Assembly: GCA_004524445.1 (NCBI GenBank)
Contig: SDNP01000002.1
Coordinates: forward strand, 32,001 to 96,000
Source of the DNA: Candidatus Thorarchaeota archaeon
GTDB taxonomy: Archaea > Asgardarchaeota > Thorarchaeia > Thorarchaeales > Thorarchaeaceae
Direction of reading: 5' to 3'
DNA length: 64,000 nucleotides
Position 1 is the stretch's first letter, and every line of letters starts with the position of its first letter. Below are positions 9,584 to 20,595 of the stretch, in pieces. The notes below the pieces were generated by a model. It was not told the DNA's origin. It was given only the letters and a program-made list of their open reading frames with translations, and did no database searches. The translations under genes and the position numbers were made by a program.

Positions 9584-11095
9584 TCATGATTTATCTGCCC
9601 TTCTAATGGCATCGGACAATGTGGTTTCTGTTCCACTAGGATTGAATTTCCTTTTTCGGATATTAACAAAAGTTGGCACTGTTACTGAGTTGCCAATGAA
9701 TAACGCCTCTCCGACATCCAGAGTTGTTATCGCATCCAAGGAGGCTCTATCAATGCCTTCACTTGAACGACCAATATGTTCAAGGTCATAGGGATTTGTA
9801 CATTTCAAAACTGCTTGATTGCTGCATTGACTCAAGACTGTTGTTGATAGCTTGACCGGTCTTTGTGAAATTAGACATAGAAGCGCAAAAAATTTTCTGC
9901 CTTCTCGCGCGATAGTTTCTATCTTGCTCTTTGGCAAGGCAAGTTCGTGTCGACTCTCAGGACAAAATTGGTGTGCCTCTTCCAGGACAAGGAGAAAAGG
10001 TGGGATCATGGATTGGCGACGTTTGTAAATTAAGTCACCAACGAGATAGGAAACTATAATTTGTTTCTTCTTAAGGCTGATGAAATCGCTGAGATCGACA
10101 ACCGTTATTTTGCCAGGTCTGACAATATTTGGAAGATATGGAACTCCTTCCTTCCCGAATAAATGAGTGTCTTCAAGATTGATTAACCAACCAATCAATG
10201 CTTCTTTGGTGTTCTTATTGATGGTTTGGTCGTTTCGAATCACATCTATTATCCCTCGGAGATTATAGCTATTTGATTCGTTGCTCATTATTGAGATTAT
10301 TCTCCGCAACTCGCGCCTTTGCACACTACTCATTTTTGCCACAAATGAAGCAATGGTATCAGCTGAAAGGGAGGACGCGGGGATTTGAATATGGGTTCCC
10401 CGAATGTGTTCAATCTCAAAAGCATCTTCTTCCAATCCCAAATCCTTTGCTGTGACGTGTTTAAGGTAGGAATATTCCCCATGAACATCTATGACGATGG
10501 TTGCCAAGCGACCTTCATCCCTCTTCCGAGAAAGTATTTCTTCGAGTAACACAGATACGAAATAGGATTTTCCCGCTCCGCTCATGGCCAATACTGCTAG
10601 ATGTTTAGATAGGAGAGAATCAACAGATGGACTAAAATTGATTGCATGGTGAACCAGTGTACCTAAATTTAACCCCTCATCTCCCTCAAGACCTAGAAAT
10701 CTGTGTAGAATGTCGTCATCTATGGTTCTGACAACTGCACCGGGTGAAACACTTGTAGTTGCACGCGCTGATTTTTCGTTAACCCAGAAACCAAGAACTT
10801 GCGCTTCTGCCACTGCATACTGCCAGCGGTCAGTAGGAAACACACTTCTGAGTGGTTCGCCTCTTAGTTGATATTCTCGAACAGCTTCAGCCTGCTGGAA
10901 GTATCGATTGGTCTGAATTATTTCACTTACACGGGCAATGACAATTCCTGATTGAAAAGGAACGGAAACGAATTGACCCCGACGTACAAGTGTATTTCCT
11001 GATTCTCCTTCAATTACAAAGGAAAAGCCCCTGACGTTAGGAGATTCATTTCTGCAAACGACTGTTCCTAATCTCTTTGGATTCTCATGATTCAT
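9584..11095 (-). CDS. herA: HerA helicase/translocase
   Basis: HAS-barrel-like N-terminus, AMSGAGKS, DVHGEY, EEAH, REGRKF, SQRP; adjacent to nurA. Confidence 0.9.
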   Translation of the reverse strand: MNHENPKRLGTVVCRNESPNVRGFSFVIEGESGNTLVRRGQFVSVPFQSGIVIARVSEIIQTNRYFQQAEAVREYQLRGEPLRSVFPTDRWQYAVAEAQVLGFWVNEKSARATTSVSPGAVVRTIDDDILHRFLGLEGDEGLNLGTLVHHAINFSPSVDSLLSKHLAVLAMSGAGKSYFVSVLLEEILSRKRDEGRLATIVIDVHGEYSYLKHVTAKDLGLEEDAFEIEHIRGTHIQIPASSLSADTIASFVAKMSSVQRRELRRIISIMSNESNSYNLRGIIDVIRNDQTINKNTKEALIGWLINLEDTHLFGKEGVPYLPNIVRPGKITVVDLSDFISLKKKQIIVSYLVGDLIYKRRQSMIPPFLLVLEEAHQFCPESRHELALPKSKIETIAREGRKFFALLCLISQRPVKLSTTVLSQCSNQAVLKCTNPYDLEHIGRSSEGIDRASLDAITTLDVGEALFIGNSVTVPTFVNIRKRKFNPSGTETTLSDAIRRADKS

Positions 11096-11098
11096 GAA

Positions 11099-12253
11099 TT
11101 AGCCTCCAAATGGGTTTCGAGATCTTCTCCGTTCAAGGGTTGCATAAGCTAAGCCACTCAATGCCATCAACCTATCAACAATCATTTCGGCTTCGTTTCT
11201 GCCAATGCGTGCCCGGGTATCGGCTTCAACAATTGGCGTGGGCATACCGTATTCCTGATGGAGTGAAGATAGGGGCAAAATTGCAGCCAGTGCCTTATCC
11301 ACAACAGCTGTAGCTTCATCCGAGCGGGTTAGTACTTCGAAACGGACGGGTAGATCATTTGATACAGTCTTGAGATATGTTACCATAATTGATGACGTCC
11401 ACTTGGATAGCGATTTTTCCACCATGAAATTATTGGACTCGGCAGAATGACGAAATATACAGGACCGCTCCCCAGCTTTTAGAAATGAACCTAAAAGGTC
11501 ACAGTCTCTTAATATATTCAAGAGCCAACGATAATCAATATCTTTCATTTTTTCAAAGCTCTGTGGTTTGCGAAGAATATGAGGCAATACCTGTCCCAGC
11601 ATTGTAGCAAACTTTCTTGAACGGCTATCCTTTACAACACCAACTAGTGTTGTCTTGCCCTTTGATACTTTATTATAGATTTGTTTGTATAGGGCCAGAA
11701 CCTCCTGAAATTTTTCATTCGCAAGAGTTTCTTTAGAGGGCCTATCATGAGGATGAAAGAGAAGACTCCCATCTAGCAAGACGATGTCAGTATGATATTC
11801 ATCTATTATGCCAATAGTGGTCGTTAATTCGGATAATAACCGCTCCAGAGAAGCGATCTGGTCTACTTCGTTTGAAGAAAGTGTTGCAATTATTGGCTTA
11901 ATAACTGGATTTGGAAATGGTGAAGGGTAAAATTCGACCGCGGGACTATCTTCAGCTTGAAAAGAAAACACAACACCGACAGCCCGTTTCATTATCAAAT
12001 CAAGCGATTGGTATCGTTTTTTGACAAGCCCACCATCAACAGCAGCAATTCTCAGACCGGAAAGATTTGTCGGGGAAACAGTAGAAACTAGGCTTGATTC
12101 AAGAAAGTCAGATGCCAGCGCAGGAAACTTGCCCAGATTAATTGCTGGTAGAAGATGTCTTATCGCGTGAGCAAATCCGCTCTTCGTGTTTTCAATATGT
12201 GAAATCTGCTGTACCAGAGTCCTGAGAGCTTCATCAATATCTGATTCCACCAT
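11099..12253 (-). CDS. nurA: NurA nuclease
   Basis: AAVDGG, LLDGSL, GVVKDS, YGMP..EAD. Confidence 0.88.
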   Translation of the reverse strand: MVESDIDEALRTLVQQISHIENTKSGFAHAIRHLLPAINLGKFPALASDFLESSLVSTVSPTNLSGLRIAAVDGGLVKKRYQSLDLIMKRAVGVVFSFQAEDSPAVEFYPSPFPNPVIKPIIATLSSNEVDQIASLERLLSELTTTIGIIDEYHTDIVLLDGSLLFHPHDRPSKETLANEKFQEVLALYKQIYNKVSKGKTTLVGVVKDSRSRKFATMLGQVLPHILRKPQSFEKMKDIDYRWLLNILRDCDLLGSFLKAGERSCIFRHSAESNNFMVEKSLSKWTSSIMVTYLKTVSNDLPVRFEVLTRSDEATAVVDKALAAILPLSSLHQEYGMPTPIVEADTRARIGRNEAEMIVDRLMALSGLAYATLERRRSRNPFGG

Positions 12254-12255
12254 GG

Positions 12256-13923
12256 TTATCTCTTCTTGTATTCTTGTGCAGCCCTTATTAACCCAAGATA
12301 AAGAGGATGAGGATTTCCGGGTTGTGATCGAAATTCAGGATGATACTGAACTCCAATCCAAAATGGATGGTTTTCAAGTTCTATTGCATTTATGATTTTA
12401 CCACTAGTATCATAAGCGGAGATACTCATACCTTCATTTTTCATTCGACTAATGTATCTATCAATCAAATGGTATCTATGTCTAAAACGCTCTCTTGTAT
12501 TCATTTTTCCGTAGATTGTGTGAAGTTTAGTCCCTTCCACAATTTCTACCTCATGCCCCCCCAATCGCATAGTACCACCTTTCTCTTCGGTGCTTTTCTG
12601 CTCATCCATCAAATCTACCACAGGATATAGGCTGTTTTTGTCTACCTCTGTGGTATGGGCCCCTTTCCATCCCATCACATACCTTGCAAATGCAATACTC
12701 CCAAGCTGCGCTCCATAGCAAATCCCTAAAAAGGGGATTTTAGACTGAATTGAAACTGCTGCAGCATTTATCATCCCTTCAACCCCTCGTTCTCCAAAGC
12801 CGGGAGTAAGCAATATTCCATCTACATCCGAGAGGTCATTTTTCAGGCACTCAACATCGCAACGCTCTTCTGTTTCAATCCATTTGATATTAACATCCAC
12901 ACTGCGCTTGGCCCCTGCGTGAGCAAATGCTTCGTTTATGCTCTTGTACGAATCGCTGAGCATTGTGTATTTTCCCGGCATGGCAATAGTGATTTCATCA
13001 TCAAGCTGTTCAAAGGAGCTTACCACTCTTTTCCAAGAGTTAGTATCCGGATTCCGTGGGTCTAGACCAAGATGGTTAGTGACTATTTTTCCCAGTTGTT
13101 GCTCCTCAAATGATAATGGAAGCTGGTATATTATCGGAATATCGGGATTTGAGATTACATGCTCTTCAGGAATATTGCAGAAAAGGGCAATTTTGCCTTC
13201 AGCTGAAGATGTTAGTTCCTTTTGAGCTCGACATACAATGATATCGGGTTGGAGACCCAAGCCCTGCATTGTACGAACGCTATGTTGAGTAGGTTTTGTC
13301 TTGAATTCTCCCACAGAGGGCAGATAAGGGACCAGAGTCACATGTACAAAAGCGACCTTGTCCTTTCCCACTTCTCTGGCTAGCTGGCGAATAGCCTCAA
13401 GAAAGGGCATAGCCTCTATGTCGCCAACAGTCCCGCCGATTTCAACTAGCAGGATGTCTGGCGTTGGTTCTTGGTGTGCAACTTCCCATACTCTCTCCTT
13501 GATTCGATTTGTGACATGAGGGATGATTTGGACTGTCTTTCCAAGAAAAGTGCCTTTGCGTTCACCAAGAATAACAGAGATGTAAATCTGTCCCGATGTG
13601 ATGTTTTGTGAGGGGTGAACTTCAATCCCTGTAAATCGTTCATAGGTTCCAAAGTCCAAGTCTATTTCAGAGATTGTAAACTCAAAATCAGGAACTGGTC
13701 TAAAGGTCCATGGTTTGTCAGTAACAAAGACTTCACCATGCTCAATTGGGTTCAGAGTCCCAGGGTCTATATTGAGATAGGGGTCAATTTTTACTATACG
13801 AACAGAATATCCGCGGAACTGAAACAATTTTGCAATAGAGGCAGTTGTGACTCCTTTCCCAATTCCAGAAAGAACCCCACCAGTAACGAAGACAAATCGT
13901 GTATCATTATCTATAGATTTCAA
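12256..13923 (-). CDS. pyrG: CTP synthase
   Basis: [27 protein letters not shown]. Confidence 0.97.
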   Translation of the reverse strand: MKSIDNDTRFVFVTGGVLSGIGKGVTTASIAKLFQFRGYSVRIVKIDPYLNIDPGTLNPIEHGEVFVTDKPWTFRPVPDFEFTISEIDLDFGTYERFTGIEVHPSQNITSGQIYISVILGERKGTFLGKTVQIIPHVTNRIKERVWEVAHQEPTPDILLVEIGGTVGDIEAMPFLEAIRQLAREVGKDKVAFVHVTLVPYLPSVGEFKTKPTQHSVRTMQGLGLQPDIIVCRAQKELTSSAEGKIALFCNIPEEHVISNPDIPIIYQLPLSFEEQQLGKIVTNHLGLDPRNPDTNSWKRVVSSFEQLDDEITIAMPGKYTMLSDSYKSINEAFAHAGAKRSVDVNIKWIETEERCDVECLKNDLSDVDGILLTPGFGERGVEGMINAAAVSIQSKIPFLGICYGAQLGSIAFARYVMGWKGAHTTEVDKNSLYPVVDLMDEQKSTEEKGGTMRLGGHEVEIVEGTKLHTIYGKMNTRERFRHRYHLIDRYISRMKNEGMSISAYDTSGKIINAIELENHPFWIGVQYHPEFRSQPGNPHPLYLGLIRAAQEYKKR

Positions 13924-14025
13924 TTTTGGATAGCCTCTATGGTGCTACAATAACTTGTAGATAAATACTAATTTTGCACTTTTATCGCATCGTATAAAGT
14001 AATCGTTGGCGGGATGATTATGATG

Positions 14026-14613
14026 CTATGGAAAGGGTCTAACGAGAGCATTAGCCCTTAGTGCACCATGAAAGAGGATCTGAAATGCCTCCATTATTTT
14101 TTCCCCCCTAGTGGCTATGCTTTCTAAGACCGGGACTGAATCTGGTAGTTGAAGATATGAACGAAAGGTAGTTTCGTCGATGCTATCAGGCAAATCCTGC
14201 TTATTCAGACAGACAACTATCGGTATTGCTGAGTCTTCTTCATCCATCAAAGTGATGAGTTCGTTCCAGCTTGCTAAATTCTCATCTAACAGAATTCTTT
14301 GCGAGTCGGCTACAAATACAATTCCATCGGATCCTACTAAAACAACTTCTCGCGTAGAGCGATAGAAATCTTGTCCAGTTGCAGACCATATGTGAGCGTT
14401 AATTGTCCAACTACCCCCGAGAGAAAAGGGGATTGTCCCAAAGTCGCAGAACATCGTACGACCAACTGTGTTTTCTATTGATGTTAAGCGGTCAGCGAAA
14501 TTCAAACTTGAGAACAACCAACGTATTGATGTAGTCTTTCCACTCATGGCTGGACCGAAAAATACCAATTTTAATCCGACTGTTCGATTCCCATAATCTA
14601 CTATCATAAGCAA
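14026..14613 (-). CDS. MglA/Arf-like small GTPase
   Basis: GPAMSGKTT, RTMFCDF, SATGQ (MglA-type G3), NKQD. Confidence 0.88.
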   Translation of the reverse strand: MLMIVDYGNRTVGLKLVFFGPAMSGKTTSIRWLFSSLNFADRLTSIENTVGRTMFCDFGTIPFSLGGSWTINAHIWSATGQDFYRSTREVVLVGSDGIVFVADSQRILLDENLASWNELITLMDEEDSAIPIVVCLNKQDLPDSIDETTFRSYLQLPDSVPVLESIATRGEKIMEAFQILFHGALRANALVRPFP

Positions 14614-14619
14614 TACCTC

Positions 14620-15540
14620 CTAGCTACCCCACATACTGTCAACCCATGCGCCCAGTCCAGAAAGAGAACCTCCTTTAATGCAGTCTGAGAAGTCCTCATG
14701 CCATTCAGAGCGGATGAATTGTATCAATTCATTCAGCCCTCCGTAATCCAAACCAATTGCCTCGTAGAGGTTTCGCTCTGTCAAGACAGTTGATGCTCCC
14801 AGTTCTCTAGCAAGTCGAATCCGTGATAGCAATGTCACTGCTCTGCGTGCCGCATAGACAAAGCCCTTTATTTCCTCTTCAAAGATATCTTGTGTGATTT
14901 TCTCGGCCTCATCATCTAACTGTAGAACCGCCTTCATCATTCCCTTTGGAAGCTCCAGGCCTCTCAGTGATTTCCCAAGTAGCCTCTTTATACGCTCCAA
15001 TGCCTGTTTCTTTCTTGTAAGGATTATATCAACGATTCTTCTCTCTACCTCAAGTTGGCTGTTAGATGGCTTGAGCAAAGAGAAATGGATTCTGGAAGGA
15101 GATTCAACTCGAAGTGTACCTACATTGCGAATAGATGCCCCGACTTTTTCTTCTATTTCACCTAGTTGGTATTCAGTCATCGCATGTGCATAGGAATCCT
15201 GTCTAATACAAGCGGCCATAATCCAACTAGCAAAATTCTGAATTCTTTCCAGTGCCAGAGAAATGGTAGAAGATAGACAACATACTATCGTTCTGGCGAC
15301 TTCATGGTCGTGTTTTTCCGCTTCTATTACTGATCTTATCTCATCAGAAGAGGTGAATTCTCGCCAAAATACTAGCTTGTGACGGTGCGGACTAAGCCGT
15401 GTCAAACTCTCTGTCAAATCGTCAAGTATCTCGCTATCTCTCCCTACAACCAATATTGGGATTCTATTGAGTACTGAGTTAAGCAAGGAGGGGAATTGGT
15501 CACCCAACAGCTCAATTAGTTTCAAAATGGAGTAGGTCAT
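14620..15540 (-). CDS. Putative DENN-core-like protein
   Basis: N-terminus SVLNRIPILVVGRDSEILDDLTESLTRLSP resembles the cDENN start pattern; helical C-terminus. Confidence 0.5.
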   Translation of the reverse strand: MTYSILKLIELLGDQFPSLLNSVLNRIPILVVGRDSEILDDLTESLTRLSPHRHKLVFWREFTSSDEIRSVIEAEKHDHEVARTIVCCLSSTISLALERIQNFASWIMAACIRQDSYAHAMTEYQLGEIEEKVGASIRNVGTLRVESPSRIHFSLLKPSNSQLEVERRIVDIILTRKKQALERIKRLLGKSLRGLELPKGMMKAVLQLDDEAEKITQDIFEEEIKGFVYAARRAVTLLSRIRLARELGASTVLTERNLYEAIGLDYGGLNELIQFIRSEWHEDFSDCIKGGSLSGLGAWVDSMWGS

Positions 15541-16484
15541 TTTTCTCGCCTCGCAACAACTAGATTGTTATCCGAGCCTCCCGAGAGAATTAAATCCCGG
15601 AGGTCATCTGGCAAACCAGGATCTGTTACAATGGCAGATTCCAAAATACGAGTCGTTTCTGAGATATAGTGTTTCAGCAAAAGCCGCATTAGTCCTAGCT
15701 TTTGGCTATCTCTTTTCACCCATAGGCTAAACACCCCATGGGGAACCGAATAGATAAAATGTCGAATACTATTAGTCTCACACAGAACATTTTGAAGCCG
15801 ATTATTCCTCAAAGTTGCAATGACTCGCTGAGAGGCATCATGCAATGCAAAGGACATTGCTGCCATACGATCGTTTGTGAATCCTTCAAGCGAGACTCTT
15901 ACTCCACCGCTTAGAGAGAGAAATACAGATTCAATAGCAGGGATGCTATCGTGGACTTGCCTCAAAACGGCTCTAAGAGACAATGCCTGTGACCTGTCAA
16001 GCTGGATTGCTGATCGTGAACTGGCATATTGTGTTTGTTTGCCTTCCGCAACTGAAAATCCACTGAGTACTTCATTTGTTTCCTCCTGATTGAAGGACCG
16101 GAGGGGGGGAAGACGCCCATCGAGATGTTGATGAAGGAGATACGCAATTCGAGACATGCTATCCCGCATCTCAATAAATAGAGCAGCCAGATTTACTCGA
16201 GGTGCCGTTGTAATCGCCAAAAAGAAATCCGGAGCATCAGGCAGGGATGCCAAAAACACCTTGGACGTGTTGGACTCCATCAGTAGGTACTGAAAATTTC
16301 CATGAATAAGCTTAGCAACACCAAATATTGCCGCTGTTGATGAGGCAACTGCAAAGACTTCATCCTTGCTAAACCACACGCCGGCACTTGCCACTGGGAG
16401 TCCGTCTTTTTGAATCAAGACGACATTCTCTACGCCAGATATCATCTTAATGATCTGCAAGGTGTCATTGAGATCGTTAGTCAA
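15537..16484 (-). CDS. Tandem roadblock/LC7 domain protein
   Basis: Two repeats with roadblock pattern (VVLIQKDGLPVAS; VFLSLSGGVRVS..MAAMS). Confidence 0.8.
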   Translation of the reverse strand: MTNDLNDTLQIIKMISGVENVVLIQKDGLPVASAGVWFSKDEVFAVASSTAAIFGVAKLIHGNFQYLLMESNTSKVFLASLPDAPDFFLAITTAPRVNLAALFIEMRDSMSRIAYLLHQHLDGRLPPLRSFNQEETNEVLSGFSVAEGKQTQYASSRSAIQLDRSQALSLRAVLRQVHDSIPAIESVFLSLSGGVRVSLEGFTNDRMAAMSFALHDASQRVIATLRNNRLQNVLCETNSIRHFIYSVPHGVFSLWVKRDSQKLGLMRLLLKHYISETTRILESAIVTDPGLPDDLRDLILSGGSDNNLVVARREK

Positions 16485-16574
16485 TATTATTCCCCGGATC
16501 AGAGCAATCCAGAGATGAGTTTGGCTCTGGAGTATATAATCTCCACACAGGTTAGCACCCAGGTTTTTTTGTGA

Positions 16575-17870
16575 TTACATATGAATTAATGCAGCATCTG
16601 GTACCTCTTGAAATACCTCTCTAGCTGCTCTACCCACATCAAATCGATGGCGATCGAAGGTATAGACACGAATAACATCTAGATATACTTTCATCATCTG
16701 TGCAATGTTTGAAAACTCCGATAGTCGGCGGGGAATTCTCTCTTTTTCAATTGTTTCGAATATCCGTATCTCCATAGGATCTAGTTGATGAGGATTATAC
16801 GGTACTGATGGGAGCGTAGGCACATCAACGATGACTTCATCTGAAGGAACGCCAGCAAGAGCTGCAATCTCGTCTTGAATGCTTTCTCGGACTCGTTTCT
16901 TAGTTAGTACTTTCGATACAAATTGGTCTCCAGTATGCAGGACCTTTTCAAAAGCTGACTTATATAGAATGCGAGAATCTAATGCTTTCATTAGTTTTGA
17001 TGCTTCTTCAGCATCAGAGGATAAGTTTGGGTCAATTTTCCGTACACGGGATACCACAGACATGTCATCCAAAGATAGAAACTCGTCGGGCGTGGAAAAG
17101 GCGGTGAATCCTAATGCCTTGTCAGCAGCGTTAATTAATTGTATCAGCATGACTTCAACACTGCGTACGGTTTTGTGATAATAGACATTCAAGAACATCT
17201 CATATCGAGCAACAAGGAAGGACTCTAGTGCCCCTCTCGCAGCAAGGTCTATCTCAATATCATAGTCCTCTGATATCTCCATGCTGTTGATGAGCCTGTG
17301 GATGTCGATTAGACCGTAATTCACGCCACAATAGAAGGAATCACGGATTAGGTAATCCAATTTGTCCGAGTCGATTTGGCCTGCAGCAATGCTACTTACA
17401 ACCTTATCCTTCTTGCTTTCCCGTCTTCCACGAACCAAAGATGCAATTCTTTTGCTGGATATGCCATAATCCTCAATTATGTCACTTACTTCACTTTTCT
17501 TGATGAGCCATTCAGTGACGTCTTCGTGGTTGCATTTTCTACTTTCAATCAGTGATTCTTCAAATACGTGACTAAATGGGCCATGTCCTAAATCATGAAG
17601 AAGGCCAGCCAACCTCACTTCCTGAAGAGCCGTTTCGCCTAGGCCCATTTGTCCCAACAAGCGTCTGCCTATTAGTCCGGCCAAATACATAGCACCAATA
17701 CAATGTCCAAACCGAGTGTGTTCAGCTGTAGGATACACATAGTGTGCTCCAGAAAGTTGTTTTATTCTCCTAAGTCTTTGATATGGTTCAGAGTCAATAA
17801 TTTTGGTTTCTAGTTCTGTAAGACCAATGAATCCATGTACAGGGTCATTTATTTCTAAAACGAATTCCAT
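16575..17870 (-). CDS. HD-domain phosphohydrolase (SAMHD1/dNTPase-like)
   Basis: DPVHG, QRLRRIKQL, HTRFGH, LLHDLGHGPFSH, DKLDY. Confidence 0.92.
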   Translation of the reverse strand: MEFVLEINDPVHGFIGLTELETKIIDSEPYQRLRRIKQLSGAHYVYPTAEHTRFGHCIGAMYLAGLIGRRLLGQMGLGETALQEVRLAGLLHDLGHGPFSHVFEESLIESRKCNHEDVTEWLIKKSEVSDIIEDYGISSKRIASLVRGRRESKKDKVVSSIAAGQIDSDKLDYLIRDSFYCGVNYGLIDIHRLINSMEISEDYDIEIDLAARGALESFLVARYEMFLNVYYHKTVRSVEVMLIQLINAADKALGFTAFSTPDEFLSLDDMSVVSRVRKIDPNLSSDAEEASKLMKALDSRILYKSAFEKVLHTGDQFVSKVLTKKRVRESIQDEIAALAGVPSDEVIVDVPTLPSVPYNPHQLDPMEIRIFETIEKERIPRRLSEFSNIAQMMKVYLDVIRVYTFDRHRFDVGRAAREVFQEVPDAALIHM

Positions 17871-17889
17871 CTTAATCTCTCCAGTATTT

Positions 17890-18633
17890 TCAAAGCTGTG
17901 GGTCAAATCCGCGCAGTTTCTTGACAAGATCATCTGCCGATTTTATTTCGGACACGCATAGAGGCACATGTATGCTATCTGCGATTTTGACAGCGAGCAG
18001 ATCTAGTTCTTCCACACCTTGGAGTATTACCGCTGCTGGTTTCACGGCCATAGATGTGCCAATTTGGCTGGCTTTAATTGCAACCATGGGTGAACGTCCT
18101 GTAGTGACATGCGTCAATATTGCAATTCTTTGTGTCGTACCACCATATAATTTCAAGAGCTGTTGCGGAGTTAATGATACGATGGCTTTGACACTGTCAA
18201 GAGCAGTATAGCCATATACATCACGATCAAGAAGGCTCTTATGAGTTAAGACCTTACACTCCAATTCCTCTACGAGAAGACGAGCTGGAACAGGAATTCC
18301 AAACTCACGACTATCCAGTATTGCGTCGGATGATATCTCAGGAGCCACCAATTTTTCGAGGGCCATGGCAATTCTGCCTCCACTGGCAGCGTCCATCTCA
18401 ATAAGACCTTCCACAAACCGTTTGATGGTGTCAACTCTAGGTGACTTTCTTCTCCCACTCTCATAGTCACTGATAACTGATGGGGATACGTCCAAATGCT
18501 TAGCTAGGTCCTTTTGTGATATTTGAAACTGTTCCCTCCACCTTTTCATGACTGAACCAGGAGTATGTTCAGCTAAGCATATTTCTCCGGCCATGGTTTC
18601 GGCCAATCGGTTTAGAGCTTCACTCTGTTCCAT
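17890..18633 (-). CDS. XRE-family HTH regulator (conserved archaeal)
   Basis: SPSVISDYESGRRKSP; VTTGRSPMVAIK. Confidence 0.85.
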   Translation of the reverse strand: MEQSEALNRLAETMAGEICLAEHTPGSVMKRWREQFQISQKDLAKHLDVSPSVISDYESGRRKSPRVDTIKRFVEGLIEMDAASGGRIAMALEKLVAPEISSDAILDSREFGIPVPARLLVEELECKVLTHKSLLDRDVYGYTALDSVKAIVSLTPQQLLKLYGGTTQRIAILTHVTTGRSPMVAIKASQIGTSMAVKPAAVILQGVEELDLLAVKIADSIHVPLCVSEIKSADDLVKKLRGFDPQL

Positions 18634-18798
18634 ACACAGCTCTTTTGTCTGGACTTTGATAAGACTTTTCGCATGGATTTTACTGTAATTCGTCACCTGA
18701 CGAAATGTTGCCTCGGACTAATTTGTTTGATCTTAATGATTTGGATACCTACCGAAGAACTGAAAGAGCTGGATGAATTCCAACAGTTGGTTCCAAAA

Positions 18799-19569
18799 AT
18801 GTTTTTCATTTATCTTGTAGGGACGGCAGGCTCGGGAAAGTCAGTACTAGCAGGAGCCTTAGAGAATTGGCTCGTTAGTATGGAATTGAGCACCACTGTT
18901 GTTAATCTTGACCCAGGAGTTGAAAACCCACCCTATACATCTGACGTGGATATCAGAGAATATGTGGACTATGGTGAAATTATGCAACAGTTTGGACTGG
19001 GTCCTAACGGAGCATTAGTTGCTTCATTGGATATGGGGGTTTCGTATACTAGTGATTTACGTGAAGAAATTATTGGCTTAGAAAGAGATTATGTAATTGT
19101 TGATTGCCCGGGGCAAATGGAGCTTTTTGCTTATCGTAACTCAGGACCACTAATAGTCTCAAGTCTATGTATGCATGATCCCAGTGTTTCGTTATATTTG
19201 CTCGATTCCAATATAGCACGAGTTCCAACGGGCTATCTTTCATCAGTGCTTCTGGGCTTTTCCATTCGCATTAGATTTGGGCTACCACAACTTAATGTCA
19301 TCAGTAAGTCTGACATCTTAAGCGAAGAGAAACTTGAGGAGATACTAACATGGACAGAAGAGCCGTTTGTTCTGGAAGAAGCAATAAATGCAACAGCAGA
19401 TGGTTTGATTCGAGAATACTCATTGTCCATATTACAGCTTCTTGAGCACATGGGTAGTCAGATTTCCCCCATCCCAGTTTCAGGACAAAACATGGCTGGA
19501 CTGGATATTCTTTATGGCGAACTCCAACGCATATTCTTGGGCGGGGATAATCTTTACGAGATGGGATAA
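18799..19569 (+). CDS. GPN-loop GTPase
   Basis: GTAGSGKS, NLDP, LGPNG, DCPGQ, SKSD. Confidence 0.93.
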   Translation: MFFIYLVGTAGSGKSVLAGALENWLVSMELSTTVVNLDPGVENPPYTSDVDIREYVDYGEIMQQFGLGPNGALVASLDMGVSYTSDLREEIIGLERDYVIVDCPGQMELFAYRNSGPLIVSSLCMHDPSVSLYLLDSNIARVPTGYLSSVLLGFSIRIRFGLPQLNVISKSDILSEEKLEEILTWTEEPFVLEEAINATADGLIREYSLSILQLLEHMGSQISPIPVSGQNMAGLDILYGELQRIFLGGDNLYEMG

Positions 19570-19572
19570 AAA

Positions 19573-20595
19573 TTGCCGAAGTATTTTGCAATTCTATTTG
19601 GAAACGACTTGAATTTAGCCAATACTGAACTCCAAGCTATATTGGATTACATAGATGAGGGTGTCAGTAAGATTCCCGTCAAACGCTTTGTAACCTTTGA
19701 TTCTAATCATAATCCAATTCAATTTATCAGAAATCGTGCAGCTCTGGTTAGAGAAACAGGGTATATAGTTCAGGAGGCTCCTAGTGGAGAGGCATTGATT
19801 GCTTCAATTTCAAAGGATAGCCTCAAAGAGTATGTTTCTAGAGAACAAACATTTAGTGTTCGTGTTCGAAATATTGGAGATAAGCAAGAGTCCAGAAGTC
19901 CGCGGATTGAAAAAAGGATAGGCAAAGTAATTGAACAGCAAGCAGGCGCTTCAGTATCATTAGAGAATCCTGATGTTAGGTTTCTTGTAGTTATTGACGA
20001 TCACCGTCAGGTTCTTGTTACTTCTGAGCAATCCATTGCAAGAGAATCAATAGAAGAACGAAGGCCTCGAAACAGGGCCTTTTTCCATCCGAGCATAATG
20101 AACACTTCTCTTGCCAGAGCAATGTGTAACATTGCAAAAATAGATAGAGAATCCTTGGTCGTGGACCCATTTTGTGGAGCGGGAGGGATTCTTTCTGAAG
20201 CAGTGGGTCTCGCCAGTTCTGTAGTGGGAATCGACAGAAACTGGACACTCTTGGCAGGAGCTCGTGAGAATTTGAAGAAGCTTAAGAGAGAAAACTATAG
20301 CTTGGTACAGGCTGATGCACGACGACTATCTATGAGCTCTTGCGATAGTGTAGTTACGGACCCACCCTATGGAAGAACTAGTTCAACAAGGGGAGTAGAA
20401 GCGATAAGACTAGTGAGGGCATTTCTAGAATTTGTGTTGGAGGAGAAGATCGTTGAGAAGTCTCTTTGTATTTGCGCAAGCTTACAGATGGGCGTTTCTG
20501 AACTGGTTATGAATATGGGACTTGAAATCAGATATCATGTTAAAAGTCGTGTTCACAAGAGTCTCACCAGAGAGGTAATTTGTATCGAGTTTTAG
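19573..20595 (+). CDS. THUMP tRNA m2G10 methyltransferase (Trm11-like)
   Basis: THUMP domain, DPFCGAG, TDPPYG, VHKSLTR. Confidence 0.85.
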   Translation: MPKYFAILFGNDLNLANTELQAILDYIDEGVSKIPVKRFVTFDSNHNPIQFIRNRAALVRETGYIVQEAPSGEALIASISKDSLKEYVSREQTFSVRVRNIGDKQESRSPRIEKRIGKVIEQQAGASVSLENPDVRFLVVIDDHRQVLVTSEQSIARESIEERRPRNRAFFHPSIMNTSLARAMCNIAKIDRESLVVDPFCGAGGILSEAVGLASSVVGIDRNWTLLAGARENLKKLKRENYSLVQADARRLSMSSCDSVVTDPPYGRTSSTRGVEAIRLVRAFLEFVLEEKIVEKSLCICASLQMGVSELVMNMGLEIRYHVKSRVHKSLTREVICIEF

